Assembly (NCBI GenBank): GCA_037447605.1
Contig: CM074818.1
Span: 1,872,617 to 1,936,616 of the forward strand
Direction of reading: 5' to 3'
DNA: 64,000 nt
From: Zygnema circumcarinatum SAG 698-1b
Lineage: Eukaryota; Plantae; Zygnematophyceae
The first letter of the stretch is position 1. Every line of letters starts with the position of its first letter. Positions 1 to 11,322 of this stretch are shown here, piece by piece. Below the pieces are notes generated by a model. It saw nothing but the letters and a program-made list of their open reading frames with translations, had not been told where the DNA came from and ran no database searches. The position numbers and the translations under genes are program-made.

Positions 1-3000
1 AAAGAGGAACTTTTGTGTTTGCTTCGTACGAATAAAATCTCAACTTCGATACTCCGCAGTATCATCTCCGTCAGCTTACCTTTTGAAGGCGTTCCTCGCA
101 ATCTTGTAGCCGTTTGGTGGTTTTTTCCTTGAAGGCAATCAGCTCATCCTTGTGGTTCTCGGCAGCTTCCAGTTCGCTTTGCGTCTGTCATGACATGATA
201 AAAAGATGGATTGCATGCTGAAGTTTGCATGGGCCGACTTGTGTGACTTCTTATATCAGTGGAAGGGTATCTTGCCCATTCATAGACAATCAACATAAGA
301 GGCAGAAAATGAGAACAAAAACTATCATTTATTTTAAAGAGATTGTTTCTCAAAAGACGAAACGATAGCTTCACCCATAAAAAAAAGTGACTAGTAATGG
401 CGACAAATGAGATGCTAGGATGACAGCAAGAAACTACCTTCTGTAGTTCCAACTCCAGATGAACATTACGTTCCGTTATCTCCTCCGCCTTTGTTTTCCA
501 CTCCTTTTCCAAAGCTTCTTGGTTCTGGACGGAAAATGAGTTAGTTCAGTTAGTAACTTTATTTTGATGCTATGCATAAATTTTTGAACATTCAATATAT
601 TTGACTTTGCGCTTCCATGCAGCAACTGTTTTTTTTGCATTACCTCTTTGAACTCTTTTTCGTGCTTGAGGTTCGCCTGTAGTATTCCAGCTTGATGTTT
701 TTCCAGCATGCTGACTTTTTCGGTTTGAAGGTTTTGCACTTGCTCCGTTTCCTGGAAAAAAAAAAAAAAGACTTGTCATATTCCTTGTTATGCAGCTTTG
801 AAGGAGATAGGTTGAAAAGTTCTTCTGTAACGATTACCTTCTCCAACGCCGCCATGAGAGCCATTTTTTCCGTCGAGAACTCCATCTTGAGCTCCTGGAT
901 TTTTTTTCTCTTTTCCTCCTCTTGCTGCCTTGCAAGCTCAGTAATCTGAGATCAACCGTAGGGAAAGCAGACAGGACAAGTGAATTTTCAACATGTGATT
1001 TTTTCTGCCAACATATTTCCTTGAAAAAGTTGTGCGTAGCCAGCCGTCAGTTGACCAGGAAATTAGTATGTTCACCTTTTTTCTGTTTTCCTCTTCAAGA
1101 TTGTCGATAGAAATTTTTGCTGCTTCCTTGTCACACACCAGAGTCTGTTCATATTCTTTTTTTGTTTTCTCCACCATCTCGCTTGCCTGCATAACATCTC
1201 AATCCGTTGGCTAGGTATACAGACAGACCCCTTTCGGCAGCCAGGGCCTATCCTTGCGACTGAAAACCATTTTGGAAAAACTGGAAAGCAGAATGCTATT
1301 TATAACAGTTCAAAAAAATTATCCGTGTTTCTGGAGGTAAAAAACAGTGAGCTAACCTTTCTCCTCTCATTTTCGATTGCGTCCTCCTTTTCAGCTTCGT
1401 ATTGCTTTCGCATTTCAGCTAAGGCCTGCAAACAGCGTGTTCAAGAATAAGCTGCCACGTTATCTTAATGCAACAACAATCGGTATTGCGAAATTAGAAG
1501 TTGCGCATGAGTCGTCTACCTGGTTATTTTGGATTGATATCTCCCGCAAGTGTCTCTCAAGCTCGAGCTGCTTTGTTTCAATCTGCGCTCGTGTCTCTGT
1601 TTTGATCGCTTCACTTGCCTGCTGAGCACATACCATCTGCTCTTTGGTCTGTCACACAAATCAACATGTTCTGAAATCGTCAGTTGTATGAGTCTGATCA
1701 CTCTGGAAAAACAGTTCCTGGTCTTGTTAATACTGGAAACTGAACAAACCGCCTATACGACAGCTGTGCCCCTTGGTGAGCAAAATCTATGTTGACATGC
1801 AAAGAACTGACATAGTCATGTTCTACCCAGCTACAATGATGCTCGGAAGCTTCGCAAAGCCCAGGCTTTCAAAAGGGACAACCTCAATAAGTTTCTTCTG
1901 TACTTCCTGGTACTGTTCTTCAAGCCGGTTAAGATCATCTTTGCTTCTATTGTGAGACTCCTGAGCAGTCTTCAGCTCCTCCAGCGTCGCAACATGCATC
2001 ACGTTTAGCTCATCACGCTCCTTCTCCAAAACCATTATGTCAGCCTGTCTCTTTTCAATTTCCGCCTCTAATGCCTGAATAGTGTTAGCATTTTCGTCCT
2101 TCATCTTCAGAATGTCGTTGTGGAGTTTTTCCTGTGCCAGATAGCTTCTGTTGTCAGAAAGGCAATGACACAATTTCATTTTTTACAGAGGATAAATATA
2201 AATGTGAATGGAACACAATGAATGAGGAACTTAGCCCTCTCATCTAAATGGCCCATGGATTTTGCCTCATTTCGAAAAGTCCAGAGCAGATAGTGCAGAA
2301 GGAGGTTTTGGTTACGATTTACCTTTTCGTCTTTCAATGTGTTAATCAGAGTCCCAAGAGAAGATAGCTCTTCTTGATAGCTCTTACTTTCTCGAGACGA
2401 AACATCGACCTGATTCTGTAGTATTGTAATTTGCTCATGCGCTGATTTCTGAGCTTCGGTAGCAGCTGCAACAGACTCTGAATGTCTGCTCCTTAGTTGC
2501 TCTACGTCTTCCCTGCAAGCTGCAGGCAGAAACATTTGAATCACATGTAAACCAGATAAAATCTATTCCACGTCAAGTAACAGTGCACAGAGTTTGAAGA
2601 CCTACAAACAATCCATAACTGGCTTGTTATTCTTGTAATGCGCGAGTTCATTCACAAAAAAAATAGAATTTTTGGTATATTTATCTTTCTGTCTGAAACA
2701 ACAGTTTCAAGAGTCTGCCATGGGCGTATGAATAGTTATGAGGGTGGATTTCTTTGGCATAATGCTCTTACTCTTCAAATCACTCTGGAGGATTTTGGCT
2801 TCATCTTGCAGTTCCTGGTTTTGCTTCTCAGTTGCTCGTACTTTTTGTAGCGCCTGTTCCTTTGCGAGCCGTTCTTTGGCATGACCAGAGCTACTCTTTC
2901 CAAGTTCTTGGAGCAGTGTCTCCATGTTACGTGCTGCAAGAGCGTTCATGCTTGCGAGTGACGATGCTTTGGCTGACAGCATTTCGGCCTCCTGCCTCAA

Positions 3001-4830
3001 GGCCTGGACGAGGTTAGTCTTGTCCTCGAGCTGCTGTTCTAGGTCCTTCAGTGTTGATTCCCACTCAGCCATCGACTTCTCCTGCTCAAGCAACTCATTA
3101 GCAATAAGTGGCGAGCGTGCCGTCTTCTTACAATTAAAAATGAAGAGTCTCACACCGGGTGGATTGCTACTTGAATCGCTGAGCTACAACTTCAATTTGG
3201 ATTCGTCTCCAAGTTTAAAAAACAGCGCCTTTTCTCTCGGTGCAATGAAACGTAAAATTTATGTGCAAGGCCGGTAAAGAGCTTCGGTGTTACCAGTTCT
3301 TTGTTTTGGATTTCTAGACGCGCCAATTCAACCCGCTCTTTGGCAATCGCGCTTTGCAAAGCAAGGATTTGCTGCTGACCATCTTCAACCTCCGCTGTTT
3401 TTGTTGTTGCTTCCATTTCTGCTGTCTGCAGCTTTCTTAATAGCGATCCTGTAAAGCGGCATAAATAGCAAATTAGTAAGTCGGCATCCAGTAGCGAGCA
3501 AGAAGAAAGTGAAGCGAACACAATAGAACAGCCATGACTTTGCGCACTCACTGTTCAAAGCCTAGGCAGTAAGATTCGACCTTCTCTAACTGAAACGCAC
3601 ACTGAAGTCAGGCACTCAGGTATTTTTGAGGCTCGCATTGTGTCACAATCCCGAAATCTTCATATCTTTTCAAAAAATCTACCGCCTAAGGTCTCAGAAA
3701 TTGCATTGAAGGTTCCGTAAAATACCTTTCTCTGAGTCCGTCTTTTTCTGATGAGAATGGCGACTAGATATCTGCATGTTGAGCTGGTTGACTTCATTTT
3801 TTAAATCGGCCACTTCTGCTTTGCCTGGGAAGAATTTATGGAGATGGCAACAATCCAACCCTCAGTATGCGAACATTGTTTGCATTAACATTGAACGAAA
3901 CTAGGACGGTAAACAGACGCTGCAGGACATTCTGCCTTGCTACTTTGCATACCTATCGTTTTTTTTAATTGATGTGACATCATGGCTAAGTCCCGAGCAT
4001 TAGCTTTCATGTGAAATTGCATCACTACCCCGTTTTACTTACAAGCTTTCGCTGTGGCCTCTGCAGCATTTTTTTGAGCACATATTTTCTTAAGTTTCAA
4101 CATCAATGCCTCGTAATTGCTGTGGCTCTCAAGAATTTTCGACTGCAGGACCTTTTGCATTCGTTCACCTGCAACGTAAACTAGCCATCAGTCACCAATC
4201 ATACGTATTGATCTTGCCAAAAAGAGTGCTGCTCGAGATTTGCTTAGGCATCGTCCGGGTCAGATAGCCATTGCATCATACAAAGTAACAAAATCAAGTC
4301 AAGACTCCTCATCAACCGTGGGATTTGAAATGGAGAATTTAGAGATGAATTGCGACCTTCATCAGTCGCACTCTTGAGTTTATGCAACAGTTCTGTTGTC
4401 TGTTGCAGTAGAACATTTCCTGGAAGCCCCGTGCCATGTCCTTCTTGGATACATGGAACAATACTGGAATTGCCTCTACCGTGAATATCTTCTCTCTGCT
4501 GCTGTCCATTCTGTTGATGCTGAAACCCCTGCAGTATATTTTGCAACGCCTGATGTGTTAATCCATAACCTCTTCCATTATCCTGATTCTGAGAAATCTG
4601 CAGGAAAGTTTGCAAATCTGGTGTGTCAATCTATGTGTCAGTGGCAAAGGGCCGAAGCATCTGGAATTAAAGCCTTCGGAATCTCGTCAATATACGGCTG
4701 TTCCGACAGGATACTACAGGCAAGTTCCTTAAAACGTTAGTGCAAAAAATTGCAACTGAATCTTACAATTGTTGCATTGTCCAACGCCAGAGAAGGCCGT
4801 GGCATCAATGAACTCATCCCTGCAACAAGC
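1..4830 (-). CDS. ZYP1: Multi-exon long coiled-coil protein, ZYP1-like synaptonemal-complex transverse filament protein; 3' end lies beyond window start, 5' exons uncertain
   Basis: GT-AG exons 1520-1618 (ASEAIKTETRAQIETKQLELERHLREISIQNNQ) and 1357-1425 (ALAEMRKQYEAEKEDAIENERRK) join into a block matching the plant ZYP1 motif as I recall it ([44 protein letters not shown]). Ten or more further E/K/Q/L-rich heptad exons lie between ~80 and ~4170. Confidence 0.62.
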
Positions 4831-5242
4831 TTTAAGCAACATCAAGTGCATTAGTTTTGTGACTTTTGATAAAGGTCTCATTTTCAAAAGATCCTGCCTT
4901 TCTATTCCTTCTTCACCTACAAGTTGCAGCATCAAACCCTAAATATTTTTACATCCACTATGCACCATAAATAGCTCACGTAAAAAAATTGCCCAAGCCA
5001 CTCCGAATTCACCTCTGCTCGTTGCACACTAGCCGTCCTGATCCCTCCGCCACTTTTTATCCAAAACCATGAAGAAGCTTTGAAATCTGCAGTGGCACCA
5101 GAGACCTTGCGTGCGCCCCCTCTCTGCAGAGGCTGGCGGTAGAGCCCCCTCTGCAGAGTCTGGAGTTGCAGCGAGTTGCAAGAATCAAGAAAGCGACCGC
5201 CGTTTCCTACCCGCCGCCTCCTGCACCTCCTGCTGCTAGCAC

Positions 5243-5410
5243 AATACGATTACGATATCGCGATACAATACGCGTATACAACATGACGATATCGAGATAC
5301 GACACACCGATATTATGATTTGTAAAGATGTGATATTGCGATACGATATATGATATGCCGATATAGTACGCCGATACGGTATCGCGATATGACTTTATAT
5401 GGGGATACGA
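5243..5410. repeat. CGATA/GATAC-rich degenerate repeat tract (likely MITE remnant)
   Basis: Dense CGATAT/CGATAC/TATCG motifs. Similar tracts occur at ~30490-30575 and ~63505-63790. Confidence 0.5.
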
Positions 5411-6451
5411 GAGTGGCAGGGGGAGTGACAATCGGAGGGGCAGAAAGAGGGGGGGAAGAAGCAGTGGAATGGAGAGAAAAGCCTGGCAGTAGGGTTTGAT
5501 AAGAAGGTTTCTGCAGCGTATACTGACACTTGTAGTTAAATGTCATGTTTCCACTAATATTCTACATTGCGAAGCATAAAGGCAGCCGATTTGTGAATCA
5601 AATCTAATCAACTGACCAACCTCTGTTCACAACCTAGCATGTAAAACGTTTTGTTGGTGAGGTCAATGCCACATCTTTTTCTTTTTAGGGTTTTTAGGGG
5701 GAGAACTATATACCGCCCCCCCCTTTTTGGTTATCCCGCCACTGTTTTTTTGAAATCCGGCCCTCCCATTTCGGCTATTCTGCCCCCCTCCCATTGTTTG
5801 GATATTTCGGGAGGAGATCGCCCCCCTGTTTTGAATATTTCTTTCCCGCTCCCTGCNNNNNNNNNNCCCCCCCCCCCCCCACACACTTCCGCCCTCAGCT
5901 ACCCCATCTGCTTGTACATTTAGATCCTCCGTATATACATCTCAATAAGTCTGGAAAGTCTTCCAAAGTATGCAATTTTGTGCTAAACTATGTACAGTGT
6001 ATACATGTAAAAACGAAATACATGTTTCCAAATACTTTTCCTGTTATCTTTTGTGTCAGATTTTTCTCGAAAAAACGTGAGCAAGACATCTCAGCTCTAT
6101 CTTGCGTGGGGCACAATTGGCGTCTTCCAACCCAGCAAGGAACCGCCTCGTCCTCTTCACCTCTTTCTCTCTCTTTCTCTCTCTCCTCTCTCGCTCTCCC
6201 TCTCTCTTACATTTACTCTTCTTTGACGCCCTCGTGACACACTCGCTCACTCTGTCTCTCTCTCAGACACTCTCGGTCTCTCGCTTACACTTTCGCACTC
6301 TTACCCCCCCAACACAACCACACAACACACACCCCCCCAACCACCACCACCCCCCCCCCCCAGTCCCTCTCTCACTCTCTCGCTTTCCCCCTCCTTCGCC
6401 ATGCTTTCATTGGAAGTGCTGGCTTAGGATTCTCCAATGTTCTGCTCTGCT

Positions 6452-8863
6452 TTAGGAGGCCTTCTCTCCCTCCCTGATGAGCGGAGGGCCGCTGCTCTGC
6501 CTCAGCGCCACTGTGCACGTCTTCTCAGATCCGCACTGCCCCCCCTCACCCCACCAACATGAGCCCACTCAGTCCGAAAACCCTAAAAACTCTAAAGACC
6601 ATGGGAGAGCTACCTCTCCNNNNNNNNNNNNNNNNNNNNNNNNNNNNNNNNNNNNNNNNNNNNNNNNNNNNNNNNNNNNNNNNNNNNNNNNNNNNNNNNN
6701 NNNNNNNNNNNNNNNNNNNAACCACAAGGATAAAACTGGACATACGCCGAGAATGCAAAAAATAAAGGCCATGACCTCTCTATATGTGGCAGACTTAGGA
6801 TTGCAGGCAGCACTGCAGACCTGAGGGCAGACTTTTGCATCAAGAACTGCACTGGCGGTATTCTCTCCCAAAACTTCTTCAAAAAACTGCCGTTCCTGTG
6901 CGGTGAGTAACGCCATTCTGGAAGGATATAAACAAAATAAACAATGTCAAGGATATGACTTGTAGCTCTGGAGACTTGAAAGCTTCCAATTTTGAAAGAA
7001 CAGAAACTTCGAAACCGTAAGAAGAGTGAGAACTTCTTCGTCACGCCCGCCAGTAAAGCAGCCTGATATCAAACTCTTAACGAGGGAGAATTAAAATCTT
7101 CATATACTTACTTGCGAATTTCGGGGTAGGCCCACTCCTTCCTGCACATTGTGAGAGGCCTCTCACACACGATTGCAGGACAGAGTAAAACAAAGCGGCC
7201 CCCCTCCAATTCCGACAATGCGTAACGCAAAAGACTTCCTGCTTCAACTGTATGCCCACAAGACATTCTGCCTCGGAGAACACCGGAGGTAGAGTTTCCA
7301 GTAATGCAGTCAGATTCCACGGAGTATTTTATGCCGGCTTCATTGCCCGTATATCGCTTATTGGCTGTGGAAGGTTTTCGGTTTGTACCCCCGGGAAGCC
7401 TGATGGAATCAAAAACAGCTTTATGGCAACTGTTAGTGTTTTAGATTTAGTGTTCGATGTAACTATAATTTTGTTACACTATGAGCGTTCTATCTTTGCA
7501 AGATACAACACTTCCCCGCCCTTCACATCTTGATTAGAAATCAAAAGACGAGATATTTCTCAAACGATACCCACTAACGATACTTCAAGAAATTCTCCCA
7601 GGAATCTTCATTCACCTCGCCACCAAGATGATTGTGGAATTGTTCTCCACGCCGAAGTCCTTCAAAACCCCCCAGTCCTTTTCCAGCTCCTTGTTCCCAA
7701 ACAGGAGGCGCTGATGCTCTAACGGAATGCCCATGCGCGCTTTGATGCACATCTTCAAATCTTTGATTGTACTCAGGAGAGGCTTGTGCATCTGAATTTG
7801 AGAAGTTTTGCCGCTGAGACCATGAATGTAAATAGTTCGAATGGGCCGGTTACATTTGTGAAGGCCACAAATCTTTCCTCCGGTGGTATATGCTCCGCAG
7901 GGGTCGCCGTCGATGTCCTGCTGATTAGTCAAGAACTCGATAACCCGGTGAAAACAAGTCTCCATATTGTGCTTTTATCTTCAGAGGAGGAGAGATATGC
8001 AGGATTTGAGCTTCAACTGATGGCTTCAGAAAGCGTTACAGTTGAGCCACATTTTGAAGAGGTTTTCCTTCCTTGCCCGCTCCCCAACTCTCCCACTCTC
8101 CTCGTCTGCTCCTGTTCCTCCCAGCCCTTTATCTCTCGTTTCCTGTCTCCCTCCCTCTATCCCTCGCTCTCTCTGAAAATTTACAGAAGGAAAGATGCCA
8201 GTAACAAGACTGATAAATTTCTGGTAAATCTTGACTATTCAGGAAAAAGCTCTGGAGATTTGAAAGAAAAAAATCGTTCAAAACTTTTTAACCTTCAAAC
8301 TTTAAACTTTCACGGGCAGCAGTTTCTGCCGATGCCAGAAAAAGTCTGAGTCCAAGCCGCTTCAGAAAGGAAAGGGGCCTTCAGAACTTTCAGAACTGTG
8401 AAAGGCAGCACGAAAGCGAGATCACTGGCTTTTAATATCCAAACATCCGCATTCAACACTTGGAACAATGATGATATTGACAAGTGAATGCAAAGACTGC
8501 TGCTCGGCTGTCCCTTATCAGCAGAGCCGGAGCGCATTTTGCAAGAAACTTTCTGACCATATTCATCGATCAGTGCTCCAAAACAAGCAGCTTTCCTCCT
8601 GCTGCAAACCCTAACGTTGCAGGAGTCTCCAAGACCTGCTCTTCCGGTTTGGACGATGGAAAGCGACGTGCGAGAAGCAGAACAAATACGTCTGAGTCTT
8701 CTTCTTGCATTATCAAGGGTAGCTCCTCCATTTGAAATGGGGTGACCGAGGAAATCCATGGAGGCACGTGGACTACCAAGGAAGGAGGAGGAGCCCCCAA
8801 GGAGGAGGAGACCGCCATGGCTGGGGGAAGCCGCTGTGAGAGTGATGGATGGAGCGGTTCCAT
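6452..8863 (-). CDS. Ubiquitin-like domain + RBR-type RING1 protein; IBR/RING2 not found (truncated or hidden in gap); 5' exons uncertain
   Basis: Exon ending at 7616 encodes a UBL (IYIHGLSGKT...IKARMGIPLEHQRLLFGNKELE...LKDFGVENNSTIILVAR). It splices in frame to 7112-7399 (LPGG...DCITG...LRGRMSCGHTVEAGSLLRY...LLCPAIVCERPLTMCRKEWAYPEIR), then 6821-6917 (KMALLTAQERQFFEE...DAKVCPQ). A putative last exon 6452-6535 reads CGSEKTC...stop. Confidence 0.6.
6620..6719. other. Assembly gap (100 N); further 10-N gaps at 5857-5866 and 55573-55582
   Basis: Runs of N in the sequence. The two short gaps abut C/G homopolymers. Confidence 0.99.
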
Positions 8864-9086
8864 GTAGGGTAGTAGCGTTGAACCGATGTCGAACAGTTAA
8901 AGTTCCAGTAGGACAGCAATAGAGCAGAGGGACTGACAAATGACCACTGGACGCAGTTCTATGTGATTTAACCACTTGCTGACGGTCTAATTAACCAACC
9001 TAGTTCAATTCCATTGATGGCTAGCCATTTATTGGTGGGGTCCGCCAACCAATGGCACAGAGTTTCCCAGCCAGCCAAAGTTGGAG

Positions 9087-9313
9087 CCCGGCCAACCGTT
9101 GGTGAGTAGCGACTCCAATGGCGCCAACGATCGACAATGCCAAATTGCAAATGCCTGGCCCGGCCAACCGTTGGTGACTAGCGACTCCAATGGCGGCATA
9201 GATTGACGATGCCGAATTGCCAATGCCTGGCCAGGCCAACCGTTGGTGACTACCGACTCCAATGGTGCCAACGATTGGCGCTGCCAACTTGCTAATGCCT
9301 GGCCCGGCCAACT
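9087..9313. repeat. Tandem repeat, 3 full units of 72 bp plus a partial unit
   Basis: Unit start CC(C/A)GGCCAAC at 9087, 9159, 9231 and 9303. Each full unit contains the near-palindrome CCAACCGTTGG. Confidence 0.9.
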
Positions 9314-11322
9314 CCGCAAGCCGCCCCACAACCGTATGTCGGCCACCGCCCCCAGCTTCCACGTGGCGCCAGCTCATTAGCTCCCTCCTTGGGCGCGCGC
9401 CAGCCACGCACGGCTGTGCGGGCCTGCGCTTTTGTGGGCGTCCGTACACGTAACGTCTCGTACGTCACGCAACGTCTTGGCGAAACTGGGACCCGTACAT
9501 GTGCGGTTTCGCAAGGTTTGTTGGGAAATCCGTACAAAAGAGATATTTGTGCTCGATAAAGTCACGGCTTTATCTCAAAGCTGGCATCTGAATATTGTAA
9601 AGTCACATTTTTTGATTTTGGGTTTGATTTGGGCCCGTGATAAAGTCATTTTTTTTTATTTCGGGTGTGATCTTCGAAGGTGAGTGAATTTTGTGTCTGC
9701 AGCGAAAGAGAGTTCCAGGAAACAATTGTCAAGCTTTTTTTTTTTTTCTGCAATAATTGCTGAAATTGCAAATGATATTGCAAGTATTATTGTTGTAGGA
9801 AGTTTCAAGAATTTCAGGGAATTTTTTTATCTGGAGCTTCATATCTCTTGCTGGATCTGCTAATATCAATACTGTAGGAAGTTCGTTCCAAGCATTCCTG
9901 GAGGCTTATATATGAAGCGTGCTTGAGTTTCATATCTTGCTGGAGCTGAGAGTATTGATAGAAAGTAAGTTCCAAGCATTTGGCAGAAGCTTTGTATGAG
10001 TCTTTGTGTGCTGGAGCTGCATGCAAGTATTGCAAGAAGTTCCATGCACTGTTGGAAGTCGTTTGCAAACCTTGTTGGAGTTTCAATGATTCGTTGGAGT
10101 TCCAAAAAAACTGAAAAGGAGTTTCAGTTGATGAAACTTGGAACACTCTCTTGCAGGAACGTTTGGGAGGATTGCAGAAGAGTATATTTCAAATATTCGC
10201 CGGGAAAGTCTCAAACAAGGCTCTCTGAATATTACTGGAGCTTTCAAATATTGGAATTGGCCGGTCGTTTCATAGATTGCTCGCGGTACATATCTGCAAT
10301 AAGAAAAGGAGTGCGGACCGTGCAGATAAAGTGGGAGAGGGAAGGAGTGTCTGTGAAAGGGGGAGGAAGAGGGAGAGAGAGAGAAAAGGAGAGAGAAGAA
10401 GTTAGAAGAGAGATATTGTTGCAAGTTTTCGGTCGTGGGAAGGGAGGAGGGTGGGATTTGTAGGAGGAGAGAATGGAGAGGGAGACTCTGTCGGAAGGAT
10501 TACGTGAGAGAGGAACGGATGGTCCGGAAGAGAGAGAGGAGGGAGGGAGGACCACTTCTGCATGTGCTGTTATTGTTCCGAACGAGTTTCAAAACAGGGA
10601 TGACTCGAATGATACAAATTTCAGGTGCTTTCTTCCTCACTTTCCTGGTCTTGGACCCGATTTTTCTACCATGGAGGTTAAATAAACAGATATACTTACT
10701 GGACAATGATCCTTGAAAAGGAAGCTCTTTCCGCTTGGTTCCCGCATAGAGACTTTGGCTGTTCTGTAACCGCTTGTTTGGTCGTCAAGATGTATCCTTT
10801 TGTAAGAGCAAGCGGGAAGAAGAGAATACCGCAGATTTTTTACCCACTTTTGACCGCTGATGATTTGCGGGCTTCATGTTGTATGCTGCTTTGGTGCCAG
10901 ATTGTTGGCAATTTCAATATGCATTGGTTGATCTCTCTGCATCTGTTTCGCCCTGTTCGGTACTTGAATCAGTTTAAATGTAAGAAGCGGTTTCAAGTCA
11001 AGTCCATATCTTCGCCGTCCTCCTATCTCTTCACATTTGTAACTTTGTACTCTGAATGAACGATCAACGCATTTGTGTGAAACGTTTTCTTGATCCCAAA
11101 TGTGGAATGTAATGGAAAGTCAGCTTTTCAATGGCAAAAGATTGTGAACAGTGCACCGATTACAGTGATTGGCGCTCTTCATTGCCTGTGAAACTAAACC
11201 TAATGCTGCTGCACGTTTCCTTTTCTTTGAGTTTAGAAGCATGAATGTTTAATTATGTGCTGTGTTGTTTCCATCAATATCAAAATGGTTGTATGTACCA
11301 ACGTCAGGATCTGTGGGATGTC

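Noticed and set aside
5010-5240. Open frame resembling a plastid transit peptide upstream of the coiled-coil gene
   Set aside because: No in-frame ATG, and the ZYP1-like motif argues for a nuclear protein; more likely 5' UTR.
8310-8975. 221-aa minus-strand ORF as a separate gene
   Set aside because: No recognisable domain; it overlaps a shorter alternative frame that may be the first exon of the UBL-RING gene, and neither can be confirmed.
9087-9313. Possible CRISPR-like array (also considered for 24824-25358 and 26835-27225)
   Set aside because: The units are contiguous tandem copies without unique spacers, there are no cas genes, and the context is eukaryotic.
9021-9449. ORFs with 24-aa repeats
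   Set aside because: They are a by-product of the 72-bp tandem repeat being a multiple of three; several frames are open and there is no splice or homology support.
9790-10260. Degenerate repeats of GAAGTTCCAAG/CTGGAGCT and overlapping short ORFs
   Set aside because: No consistent period, termini or protein motif could be established by eye.
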